A stretch of DNA of 63,514 bases, the filler included, from Octopus bimaculoides (taxonomy: Eukaryota): NCBI RefSeq assembly GCF_001194135.2. It is 6 parts of 6 records of this genome, joined end to end, with 100 filler letters (N's around TTAATTAATTAA, not from the genome) between each part and the next. Parts side by side here need not be neighbours in the genome. Positions count along the whole stretch, not along the records: positions 1 to 28,324 come from NC_068984.1; 5 more parts are not named here. The stretch is one strand, 5' to 3'. Both the position numbers and the translations under genes were made by a program. Numbering within the stretch: the first letter of the stretch is position 1; the number at the start of each line of letters is the position of its first letter. This document shows, piece by piece, positions 1 to 10,515 of this stretch. The notes under the pieces are model-generated. The model searched no databases, was not told the DNA's origin, and saw only the letters and a list, made by a program, of their open reading frames with translations.

Positions 1-180
1 AGTAATGTCTATTTTATTTTTACCCAGTTCTTGGTAGAGTTTTTTGGGGTTGGATTTGAACTGTTTGTTTTGTTCAAAGAAACGTTGGCGTTTCTCATAC
101 CGGCGGATCCTCTGTGCTTTGGCAAGGATGTCTTGCTTTAGTTTTTCTTTTGCCTCAGGTAAGTCTTTTTCTGTAATGCT
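1..180 (-). mobile_element. RLE-type non-LTR retrotransposon (R4/Dong-like) ORF fragment, 5'-truncated at a microsatellite and running off the window edge
   Basis: The minus strand reads stop-free SITEKDLPEAKEKLKQDILAKAQRIRRYEKRQRFFEQNKQFKSNPKKLYQELGKNKIDIT. This matches the recalled pre-RT motif K..RIRRY......QN..F..N.K.FY of R4/Dong-like elements. Confidence 0.7.
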
Positions 181-239
<59 letters not shown>

Positions 240-249
240 GTCGTCGTCG

Positions 250-289
<40 letters not shown>

Positions 290-330
290 TATTATTATTA
301 TTAAACGCTTAATTATTATCATTATCGTTT
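181..330. repeat. compound trinucleotide microsatellite (TTA)n-(TCG)n-(TCA)n-(TTA)n
   Basis: Directly visible. Confidence 0.97.
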
Positions 331-397
331 GAATTGGACGTAAGTCTTGTCGGTTCCGAACTTATATTATATTTTGTTGAAAAGAATATATTTACTT

Positions 398-833
398 GTA
401 ACATATAATTGCCAACCAAGTGTGGCAACCTATACAGGACAGTCCTACTGACATTTATAGCCCCAGGAAGACATCTCTTCCAGCTGGCTAACGAGACACA
501 TTCTGTGTCCGATTAGTATTTACGAGGGGAGGTCATCGCTCCCATCGTGATACACACAGACTCGAGTTTCTGGGTGGTTACCCGTCCTCAACGTGTGTTA
601 ATCACCAGGTAGTGGTGAAAACTCATTCCACTCGCAAAATACTATATGCGTTTGCAGCGACAAACTTGCTAATCTCGAAAAAGGAGAAATAAGCTATATT
701 AAATATCGCAAATACTAATCGGACAAAGAATGTGTGTCGTTAGCCAGTTGGAAAAGATGTTTCCCTGGAGCTATAAACGTCGGTAGCACTGTCCTGTAAA
801 GAGCGCCACACTTGGCTGATAATTATGTGTTAC
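398..833. mobile_element. non-autonomous foldback/MITE with roughly 120-bp imperfect terminal inverted repeats
   Basis: The left arm gtaacatataattgccaaccaagtgtggc...gtccgattagtatttacga is the reverse complement, with scattered mismatches, of the right arm tcgcaaatactaatcggac...ccacacttggctgataattatgtgttac. No coding capacity. Confidence 0.85.
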
Positions 834-1029
834 GATTGCTACTGTTTATATCTCGCTCAGAGATTTAATATAGCTAATATATTTACTGTTGTGAATATAT
901 TTACCGTTGTTAATTTTCGATAAAACTTTAAATAAGGACCCCTACGTCACACGGTAATACAATTTTTGTGGTATTTTATATGCTCTTCTCTGTTTCTATT
1001 GTTCTACTTTGTTGGAATTTTGGTATTAG

Positions 1030-2045
1030 TAATATGAGATTCAATGAGGAAGTGGCAAGAAGAACGATTCATTTTACAACGAACTTCATTAAAGAGCATT
1101 TTCACGAGAACAATGACAAACATCAATGGAAACGACAACAGTAGCAATTGTAAAGATGTTTTTAAGAACGAGAACATTTGCCCAAACAACAAGGTCACCA
1201 ACAGCAACAACAACAAAAGTATCAGCAGCACCAAGAATAACGAAGAGGACAAAGTAAGTCGTGTGGCGATTCCAAGGGTAGGCTATCTTTTGTTGGAATG
1301 GCGGAAAAAAACCAGCACAATATTTCATGCTCTCCCTAAACGACAAGGAGGCACGTCTGACTCAGGTGGTACAACTTGTGAAAGTGAATAAAAGGAGAGC
1401 ACAATTTGCAACCCCAGCGGAAGTTTTGGCGGTAAATGCACTGAAGACGGTACTGCATTGCCTTCAGTCGGCGAAACCATGAAACCTAGAAGCAGAAACA
1501 CACTCCCAAGTAGAAAGAACTCCGAAATAGATATGGGCAGATACAGGCCGTACAGTATTCGAGCATTGCTGACTTGTGATGTCGAACAGTTAATATCCCG
1601 TAAAGGACGGACTCAGCTCTCAGCCGACACCATCCTGAAGATCGCCGCGCCGTCAGAGGCTGTGTGGCGGACGCGACTGAAAGTACTGAAAGCAGACACT
1701 TTCCTTTTCGGCCAAGCCCTCATCGAATTTTTCAAGTTCTACTTGAAAAGGAAAGTGAGGGTGCAGAGGGTAGTGCTTTCCCAATAAATTTGTAAAAATG
1801 GGTGAAGGTAGCGAGAATGGCCCGATTGAATGGATCTACTCTACGTATGCGCCTGCAGGCTAAAGAAAACGTGGAAGAAAGGACCACATGCCATAGTAGA
1901 AGCTTACTCGAGATTTGTGGGGTTCCTTGGTTGGCCCTGCGTGGTGTTTTCGCCTACTATCGAAGTTTATTTTGTAATCCGAATACTTCAACCTTTCTAT
2001 CTTTTTACATGGAGCCGAAACATAAATTGATAATTAAATACAATT
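1030..2045 (+). mobile_element. degenerate L1/Tx1-clade LINE: Asn-rich ORF1-like piece joined to the ORF2 C-terminus and 3' UTR
   Basis: 1458-1830 encodes ...VEQLISRKGRTQLSADTILKI...EAVWRTRLKVLKADTFLFGQALIEFFKFYLKRKVRV. This is homologous to the minus-strand copy at about 12.0-12.3 kb (LSADSIVKI...KEIVWWARLKEL), which is attached to a clear L1-type RT. The ORF1 assignment of 1030-1390 is weaker. Confidence 0.7.
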
Positions 2046-2994
2046 AAGGAACCAAAATTATAGCGTATCCAGAGCATTTGGTTTCAAAAATATCAATCCA
2101 AGTACACTTGGAGCCTTAAACTGGATTTAATTTGGACAACGAATAGAACAAAATGGAACACGAAGAGAAAATACAATCAGATTGTCCGCAATCAGTCATA
2201 TCTGATAACACTTTTCAAAGATGTTATTAATTTCTTCTCAAGGTAAAATGATCCATGCGTTTCATGCTGAAAATGTAGTTGCTTCAATTTTAACAGGTAA
2301 TCTCAGACCAAGTGATTTGCAAAACAAGTAACATTCGAAACTATTCTCAGTTTTATTAATAAATGTCTGTTCAACAACATTCTCTACAAAATTGCTTATT
2401 GCGTGAACGGAAAGACAGTCATACATTTAATTAATTCATACATAATTAACTTTAATCTTATTTTATATCTCGGTTCTAATTACATACTCATATAATTGAA
2501 GAATACATATACATTTTTTTTTCATATATTTAATTGTTGCAAATATAAAGTTTTTCTTATAAACTTGAACTGGATTGTCACGATATGCAATACAATAATA
2601 ATCATCCGTTATATATGCACTCAAAAATACCCGATATCGTGTTTCTATAGCATGGCTATTTTGATAGCAGCATCTTTCTTACACAGCATTTACCATACCA
2701 AGACTTTTTGGAAAGAAATCTAGATGAGTATGTAGAAAGTGCATTATTACGACATCCTATAATACATTTCCTTCTAGATATCAAGAAGCTTCTCAACTCC
2801 ACCTCGAAATGCAAGGGACTTATAATTTCCCACTAACGTTTATCATAACTATCTAAAAGCTGGCCAACCGTTTTATTCAAATGTATGGAAAGTTTGTTCA
2901 AATTCTTTTAAAGATTCTTTGATTTGCAGCCCCACAAGTATTTTCCTTGAGCTTTGCCCCACAAATATTTTCTCACAGAGCAATTATATCTTAT

Positions 2995-3186
2995 CTTATA
3001 TTTGTTTCAGTCATTGGACTTCAGCCATACTGGGGCACCGCCTTGAAATGCTTAATCGAACAAGTCGACACCAGCACTTTTTTTAAAGTCAGATACTTAT
3101 CCTTTTGGTTACTTTCGCCAAATCTACGTTACGGAACAAATGACACCAGCTGACAAGCGGTGGAGGGTCATCCTCCCCACAAACAC

Positions 3187-3190
<4 letters not shown>
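2995..3190 (-). mobile_element. SINE family B (CORE-like tRNA SINE), degenerate 3' part
   Basis: gtttcagtcattggacttcagccatactggggcaccgcc... matches the better copies at 37828-38224 and 61039-61420. Confidence 0.8.
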
Positions 3191-3218
<28 letters not shown>

Positions 3219-3677
3219 TATATATATATATATATATATANNNNNNNNNNNNNNNNNNNNNNNNNNNNNNNNNNNNNNNNNNNNNNNNNNNNNNNNNNNN
3301 NNNNNNNNNNNNNNNNNNNNNNNNNNNNNNNNNNNNNNNNNNNNNNNNNNNNNNNNNNNNNNNNNNNNNNNNNNNNNNNNNNNNNNNNNNNNNNNNNNNN
3401 NNNNNNNNNNNNNNNNNNNNNNNNNNNNNNNNNNNNNNNNNNNNNNNNNNNNNNNNNNNNNNNNNNNNNNNNNNNNNNNNNNNNNNNNNNNNNNNNNNNN
3501 NNNNNNNNNNNNNNNNNNNNNNNNNNNNNNNNNNNNNNNNNNNNNNNNNNNNNNNNNNNNNNNNNNNNNNNNNNNNNNNNNNNNNNNNNNNNNNNNNNNN
3601 NNNNNNNNNNNNNNNNNNNNNNNNNNNNNNNNNNNNNNNNNNNNNNNNNNNNNNNNACACACACACACACACATATA

Positions 3678-4354
3678 CACTGTGTGTGTAAGATATTTGA
3701 GGACAGATTTATGCTTATAAAAAAACAGATATATAATAATAGATAACTTTATCAAAAAATATTATGAGGATAAAAATAAACCTTTTTTCTATAATGTTAT
3801 TCAATAAACCCACCAATAAATCATCTACATGCTCCAATCAAGTGGTTCTGGTTGATTTTGGACATTACTCTGACTATTGCAGCTTTCAAAGAATCTTTGG
3901 TGTTATGACAATGTTCAATGGCCTTTCTTCATCATATAAGACTTATGTTTGATGTCATCACGGACAACATTTCTGACTGTTCCTTCTGATACATGGAGAT
4001 CTTTTGCAATTGACCTCATGATCTGTTGAACTTGCTGGATAAATTCAGGTGTTCTGATGATTTCAGAGCATTTGTAATGCTTTTTATGCTTTGATACTGG
4101 TGATACGTTTCCATCTTCAGTCTCTAACTCCATACAAACTTTGTAGACGAAAGATCTGGCAACTTTTAAAACTTGAGATATTTCTAAATCACTATGCTCA
4201 GCCTTTATAACCACATTAACACCATGCCTCTTCATTTCTTGAGTAAGCTGAGGGTCTGCCATTATTATTTTCTGAAACAAAAAGATTATACAGAGTGAGC
4301 AAAAAATGCAGCAATGACCCCAAAAAGGTATTCCTCAAATACCTTACGCACCCT
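3678..4354 (-). mobile_element. internally deleted Tc1/mariner element (DD37D/maT-like) with both TIRs
   Basis: TIR cores gtgtgtaagatatttgagga (3683-3702) and the reverse complement gtgcgtaaggtatttgagga (about 4332-4351) match at 18/20, and both ends are flanked by TA. ORF 3915-4280 encodes a transposase N-terminal HTH region (EISQVLKVARSFVYKV...IAKDLHVSEGTVRNVVRDDIKHKSY). Confidence 0.85.
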
Positions 4355-4374
4355 ATATATATATATGTAATATT

Positions 4375-4841
4375 CTTTTCTTTTATTTGACTGCGGCCAT
4401 GCTGGAGCATCACCTTAAAGGGTTTTAGTCAAACAAATCGATCCCAGGACTTATTCTTTGTAAGCCTAGTGCTTATTATATTTGTCTCTTTAGACGAACT
4501 GCTGAGTTACAGGGATGTAAACACACCAACATCGGTTGTCAAACGATNNNNNNNNNNNNNNNNNNNNNNNNNNNNNNNNNNNNNNNNNNNNNNNNNNNNN
4601 NNNNNNNNNNNNNNNNNNNNNNNNNNNNNNNNNNNNNNNNNNNNNNNNNNNNNNNNNNNNNNNNNNNNNNNNNNNNNNNNNNNNNNNNNNNNNNNNNNNN
4701 NNNNNNNNNNNNNNNNNNNNNNNNNNNNNNNNNNNNNNNNNNNNNNNNNNNNNNNNNNNNNNNNNNNNNNNNNNNNNNNNNNNNNNNNNNNNNNNNNNNN
4801 NNNNNNNNNNNNNNNNNNNNNNNNNNNNNNNNNNNNNNNNN

Positions 4842-4883
<42 letters not shown>

Positions 4884-4985
4884 GACGGGCTTCTTTCAGT
4901 TTCTGTCTATCAGAAACACTTACAAGGCCTTGGTCGGCGCGGGGAAATACTAGAAGATACTTGTCCAAGGTGTCACTCAGTGGGG
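4375..4985 (-). mobile_element. SINE family B copy spanning an N gap
   Basis: tttgactgcggccatgctggagc...cggttgtcaaacgat before the gap and acgacgggcttctttcagtttc...gatacttgtccaaggtgtcactcagtggg after it. Both match family B. Confidence 0.85.
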
Positions 4986-4989
4986 AATT

Positions 4990-6350
4990 TTATTGTTATA
5001 AAAGTATTCAAATTTTCTTGAACTTACTTTACTCTTAATTTAACATAGTTTTTCATCAAAGTAAGTTGAATCTAGAATGGCAGAAGAGTATCTTCTTAAC
5101 TTCAACTAAAGTGACAGGTTGTTTATACCTGGGACATACCTTGACTTCAGTGGCCTGTCACATTTAATAGAGTAACCAGTGGTAGCACAATACTCCGAGA
5201 TAAGAAACAACAATCTTTTGTGAATTCTTATTGCATTCCCACTAGCATGCCATTAATTTCGAGATATCCGCTGATGAACACAATATTGAATATCAAGCAA
5301 GATATGCATGGTATCATATGCTGCTTTTAATTAGACAGAGTGGACAATAAGTATGTTTGGTTGTACATTCCTGCTATATAGTTACAACAGTTTTCAAGCG
5401 TCTTTGTGATGACTAACTCAAGAGGTGCCAGTCAGATGCAATATGAGTCTAAGAGAAATTTGTGAAGTGTTCATCGATGTCATTGCCAAACAGTAGAGTA
5501 AACTGTTTATCGTAAAGAACATTACCAAAGTAAAATTTCGTTTTTTATAGAAACTGATTTGCACACCGTAGTTACGTAAATGATTTACCTTTAGTCTTGA
5601 AGCGAGAAGCCTAGTTTTCTCTTCAGACTGTGATAAATTTTGAACAAAATCATCCCCAAACTCTTGAGTAAATAGCCTTGGTTTCGAATTTTCTTCAATT
5701 ATGTATTTACGAGGAGCTATTGAAGGTGCAGTACCTTTACCTAGAGCACCTTCATCACTGCTCATTTGAATATCTATGAAACTAAGCATATTTGAGTGTA
5801 AAAGACTGGTCATTGTTTTATATTGTTGAACCACTCTGTGTTGAATACAGATGTTGATAGACAAACTTTTTTTTGTTTTTCGCAGAAAGGCCAGTTATGT
5901 AAACAATACAAAAATAGCAATCAGCATGGTTAGTTTTTCCTTCTCTCAGTCTTTCGGGTACAACAAAACCAATCATGTAGTTGACTTGAACAAAAATGAG
6001 AGAAGGCACGATGTGATAGCCACTATTTGTTTTAGTCATATATATGACAACCAACGTATTTTTGATATATGGTTCGTCGTTCTGTTTTAGCAATAACAAT
6101 ATCACAAAATATCACAAACATAGCAAACAAAGTGTGGCCAGTTATTTCTCCATTCATGAAATATACTGATTAAATAACAGTAATCTGCGAAAGACAAAAT
6201 ATTTCATAAATAATTTATAACAAAAAAGAAAAAATATTTATTTCAAAAATTATACATACCACTGAAAAACCGAAGAATTTTGCAGTCAACATCAGAACAG
6301 CTTTTTGACTCACCCCAAATCATATCCAATGAAAATTTTTGTTCACCAGT
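4990..6350 (-). mobile_element. Chapaev-like (CMC superfamily, Chapaev3-type) DNA transposon relic, 3'-truncated
   Basis: Frameshifted minus-strand peptides occur in the expected order: PHFVCYVC, ERRTI, GFVVPERLREGKTNHADCYFC, PRLFTQEFGDDFVQNLSQSEEKTRLLASRLK, IVHSV*LKAAYDTMHILL, KINGMLVGMQ*EFTKDCCFL, LVEVKKIL, LMKNYV. There is a TIR-like start tactggtgaacaaaaa near 6350 and a GT-AG intron-like segment in the 5' region. The family call is from memory of Chapaev3 motifs. Confidence 0.75.
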
Positions 6351-6555
6351 ATAATTTATTAAAGTTGATAGCATGCATGCATTGCATCTGAGCAGCTCCA
6401 AGTTCTAACAGAGAAATTCTATTCAGAATTCCAGTGCAGAATAATGTCAGAAATATCGACAATCGATATGATTTTCTCTATTTATCTTTCAGGAAAAATC
6501 TCGAGATCTTGATCTTAACAAAGCCTTTGACTTTGTAGTTACTGTAGATTTTTAC

Positions 6556-6730
6556 CTGTTGTTGAGAGTATTGGTTGTCTTTCCTGCCTTTCCCGTAGTT
6601 TGAAAGCTTTCCACAACGGCCTTCTCACCCGTATCAAAATTGCACATAATTCGTTTTGAAGTAAAGTCTTGAGGCTGTATGATCACACTGACTTTTATAT
6701 ATATTTTTCTTAAGTTTTGAGTCACGATCT
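6556..6730 (-). CDS. candidate internal coding exon (175 nt, phase 1 to 2) of an unidentified gene; alternatively a transposase remnant
   Basis: Acceptor ttctatattttctag| and donor AG|gtaaaa. Only one frame is open: (E)IVTQNLRKIYIKVSVIIQPQDFTSKRIMCNFDTGEKAVVESFQTTGKAGKTTNTLNN(R). No host protein recognised. Confidence 0.25.
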
Positions 6731-7718
6731 CTAGAAAATATAGAACTGATGAGAAATCTTTTAATCCAACAGGTTTGAAAGCCAAAGTTAAAGGAGGGGA
6801 ATTGATATTTTAATCTTAATGGGTGCTGACCAGTTTTTTAAATAATAAAAAGGTAAATTTGATTATTTCTAGTGTTTTTAGTATGAAAAATAATTGCACT
6901 ACGTTTAAAGGTGCTGATTAGAAAAAAATTAGACATTATTTTCGGCAGAGTAAGCAACGGGTGTAAGCAATGCAAACATTTTTGCATAATAACAGTTTGT
7001 AAACGGAATTATAGCGGAAACGTTTTTGGCCGAGTACTGTTATTTGTTTTTGCATAACATGTGTAACATGAGTTTATTTTCAATTCGCCACTTGGTATCA
7101 TATGCATAAGAGCATTATATGAAACCCTATGAGACTCTCATAAACTCTACGAATGATTTGAGTTCCTTCCTATGCCGAGTACATACGTATAAGACGGCAA
7201 ATATGGCACCTGATGACAAAGGAAAAGGTGTTTAATCTCACACCCTCGAAAAGATGACGTTACGAGTATAAAATTCTCTATGAATAACTTGTTAAAATAT
7301 TTAAGGCATAAATTCTCACTAGAGAATTATGATTCGCAGATAGCTCATTCTCAAAATGAATTGTCTTTTAAAATGTTTTAGATAAATTATACACTACTCT
7401 TGGAGTCACAGCACAAATGTTCTCGTTGCGACACTTGTCAGAACTTTTCTGAGAGTTGTGGTGACACTATATTGAATCTTTTCAATTATTTCTTGTCTCA
7501 CAAGCAACAATCCTAGATTTTGAAACCCCTTGTTGTTTGAATAATTTGAGAAATAATGATAAGATTCGTTGTCTTTGACAATTTCACCTTAAACAAGGGA
7601 ATTTAAGATAGATAAGTTTCATCAAATATAGGAAAAGTACTGAAAAATAGTTTGAGAAAATTGAAACTTGAGTACAGGTAACAAATTTGAAGTTTACCGC
7701 ATATGCGTTATCGTCATA

Positions 7719-7910
7719 AAGGCGGTGAGCTGGCAGAATCGTTAGGATGCTTATCGACATTTCATCCATCTTTACTTTCTCAGTTCAAATTCCGCCAAGG
7801 TCGACTTTGCCTTTCATTCTTTCGGGATTGATGACATAAGTACCAGTCGATGTGATCGACTAGCCCCTCTCCCGAAATTTCAGACCTTGTATCTACTGAA
7901 GAAAGGATTA
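7719..7910 (+). mobile_element. SINE family A (tRNA-headed, central domain resembling the Meta/MESC domain)
   Basis: aaggcggtgagctggcagaatcgttag, B-box-like agttcaaattcc, central gactttgcctttcattctttcggg...taagtaccag, and an att tail. Many copies in the window. Confidence 0.85.
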
Positions 7911-8156
7911 TTTTTTTTTTTATGATGTACTTCTAAGTTTCTTTACATTAATTTGAATAAGGAATTCAAAGCATTTACCTTGCTTTACCGACTCGCTGAC
8001 AGATGCAAATTTGTTATCTATAATTGGAACTACAACATTGGTGAATGGAATTTGAATACATACGTCATTACTGCGCCTCCTTTAACTATAGGAGTTTTTT
8101 TAATGTTAGATTGTGTGGAAACTATTGGAAATAAATTTGTCTTCTCTAACACAAGA

Positions 8157-8500
8157 ACAGGCATAGCTGTATGATTAAGAAGCTCACTTTAGCAACCGTT
8201 TTGGTTCGGTCCCAATACACGCCAGTCCAGTGTGTGTGTATGTGTATAAATAGGTGTATATATTTATGTATATGTGTATATGTGTAGATGTGTGTGTTTT
8301 TACTTATGTATCCCTTATCACCACTTGCCAACCGGTGTTGGTTTTATTACGTCGCAGTAGCTTAGCGGTTTGATAAAAGAGCCAGATATAATAAGTACCA
8401 GACTTTAAAATAAGTGCTGGGGCCGATTGTTCGACTAAACCCTTTTAGTCAGTGCCCCAGCAAGGCCGCAGTCCAGTGAGTGAAGTAAAAAGTAAAATAT
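8157..8500 (+). mobile_element. SINE family B, diverged copy
   Basis: Head tagctgtatgattaagaagctc, then cttagcggtttgataaaagag...cagcaaggccgcagtcc and a gtaaaa tail. Confidence 0.7.
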
Positions 8501-8689
8501 AGACAAAAACAATGATAGCTCTTAGGTAATTTCTGTTGATTGATGTCTGACATATAATGATAAAAGAATACAAAGATATTCTTTACAGTGAAATTTCCGA
8601 TAAAAATACTAACTGGACGGCCTTACTTTCATTTCAGTTATGTCTGTAAGTAGAATCACGGTAACGGACGACAAATCCAGTACAGCTTT

Positions 8690-9260
8690 TATCCATCCAT
8701 CCATCATTTCCGCTTACTGTTCCTGGAAGGATTGTTGGGGTAGAGTTCTCAAGCATTTCCTCCATAGGCTTCTATCAGAAGCAGCTATCACCACACTTTC
8801 GGCTGGATTCCCAAGTGTGACCAATTGAGACTAAGGATATTATATAACTATCTCATTCTTAGTCTACTCCGAGGTCTTCTGCCGTTAGGCTTCGCTGTAA
8901 AAATCCATCTTTTACACGTTTCAGAGGTTTTGTTCTGCAAGTCAAATATTGATCTTAGGAGTCACTAGAAAATCTACACAAAATGTGTAGTATTATGTTT
9001 ATGTAAGATGATTTCATCCAGATTTTAATATCCACTGATTGTTATGACTGAGGGTGCTCTTACTTATCAATGTTACAGTTTTAGGTTGGCACCTCTCAAA
9101 ATTTTCTTCAGATTACATGCAAAATATCTTTATGGTAGATTTGATTAAATTTTGAGGCAGATGCCTCTCCAGTTTTGCATTGAGGATTATTTCAATGTAA
9201 AGTTCTCTAGATTTTCAGTTAAGTGTTGTCGATCCTAAGGTTTAAAGTAACTAGACAAAT
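8690..9260 (-). mobile_element. RTE-clade LINE 3' end
   Basis: Minus strand AKPNGRRPRSRLRMR*LYNILSLNWSHLGI / ESVVIAASDRSLWRKCLRTLPQQSFQEQ*, followed by a (GATG)n tail. This is the typical RTE C-terminus (G.R.RGRP..RW ... A.DR..WR). Confidence 0.75.
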
Positions 9261-9676
9261 AATCGTTATAGCGTCTCTTGTAAGGCTGAAACGCATTTTT
9301 GTCATCTTAAAAGTCTCTTTGTATTATATTTTTGGCCCAAACTACATATCTTATGAAGAAAGAAATATATATTTGTTATGCATTCCTCCACTCTCAAAAC
9401 TATAATGGTCCTTAGTGAATATGAACCATAAAAAAACTCGCCACTCTGCTTTTTAACATACCAATCGCAGACAATATCTCCTAGTGTTAAAAAATATTTC
9501 TTGCTGAACATTAAATTACTCTATAATACATTGATATTGATTCCTTTACTGAATAGTTAAATTGTGTGCAGAAAACAACTGTGCATATACTATCAAGGAA
9601 AATTTATCATGCTGAAAGAGAAAAAAAGTTTATTTATTCATTTATTTACTTATTTGTTTATTGCCAAACTCTTTAC

Positions 9677-9760
9677 ATAGGTAAGTAATACAGCTTATCA
9701 GTTCAGTGTAATCAGCAAAGTTTGAAAGACAGAGCAGCTTCCAGTGCTGTAATATATGAA
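9677..9760 (-). CDS. weak candidate 84-nt phase 1-1 exon
   Basis: tttatccag| ... |gtaaag, with open frame (V)HILQHWKLLCLSNFADYTELISCITYL. The donor is weak and no homology was recognised. Confidence 0.1.
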
Positions 9761-10452
9761 CTGGATAAATAAATACCTGAACATAAAGAATAATGGTTTT
9801 CGAAAGGAAACGAAAATGAAGCGGCTGAAAAAATTAATTAATGTAATTGCTACATGTTGTATCAATGTTATTGATTTTATGCTTTTTAGAAAGGCCAATG
9901 TCGGATTTTAAGGTCATAAACGAGAAACAAATGACATTTCTTAACGTGGACTTTTTTTAATTTCCTGATTCAAATTCTAATCAGATCGAAGAGCGTTCTT
10001 TTGCTTGAGAAAGAGAAACATGTTCTTAAAAAATATTACAAAAAGAAATTTTATTACAAAAGTTTTTAAAAAAATGAAACTTGATGATTAACCCATTCAA
10101 TTTCATTATTTTTTCATGCCACACTTAACTATAAATTAACAGGAAAAAAAACTGTCTTTCTTTTGCCAAAGAAATCTTTTGCTACGTATTACTATCTCTT
10201 AGCATTACGTTTTGATTAATTCCAAGCTTAATAAAGATTAATCAAATATATATTTATAAAACTAAATTCGCAGTTCGAATCTGGTCATTTGAAGTAGCTT
10301 TTTCTTTCTTTTACCAGGGTCTTTTTTTCCACTTGACAAAACAAAATCGCCAGTGAGTTCAGTCGCTTAAAAGTTCATATATTACTTTTCAGTCATAGAT
10401 GGATGACGCTCGGTGAGAACTAAATTTCATAATATAAAACCCAGATACATAC

Positions 10453-10509
10453 CCTCAGCATCATTACCAACTGTAACGTCATTAGGGTTTGTGTCATCCA
10501 ATGTGGTAA
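10453..10509 (-). CDS. candidate 57-nt symmetric exon
   Basis: atcag| ... AGG|gtatgt. The phase-1 frame reads (V)TTLDDTNPNDVTVGNDAE and is phase-compatible with the 6556-6730 candidate. Confidence 0.18.
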
Positions 10510-10515
10510 CTGATA

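Noticed and set aside
141-164. Perfect-looking recursive splice motif ttttcttttgcctcag|gtaagt
   Set aside because: It is the antisense of the RLE LINE coding sequence (LPEAKEKLK), so it is explained by the element.
2651-2835. 61-codon plus-strand open frame (QDFLERNLDEYVESALLRHP...) after an AG
   Set aside because: It looks protein-like but has a weak donor, no recognised family and no partner exons.
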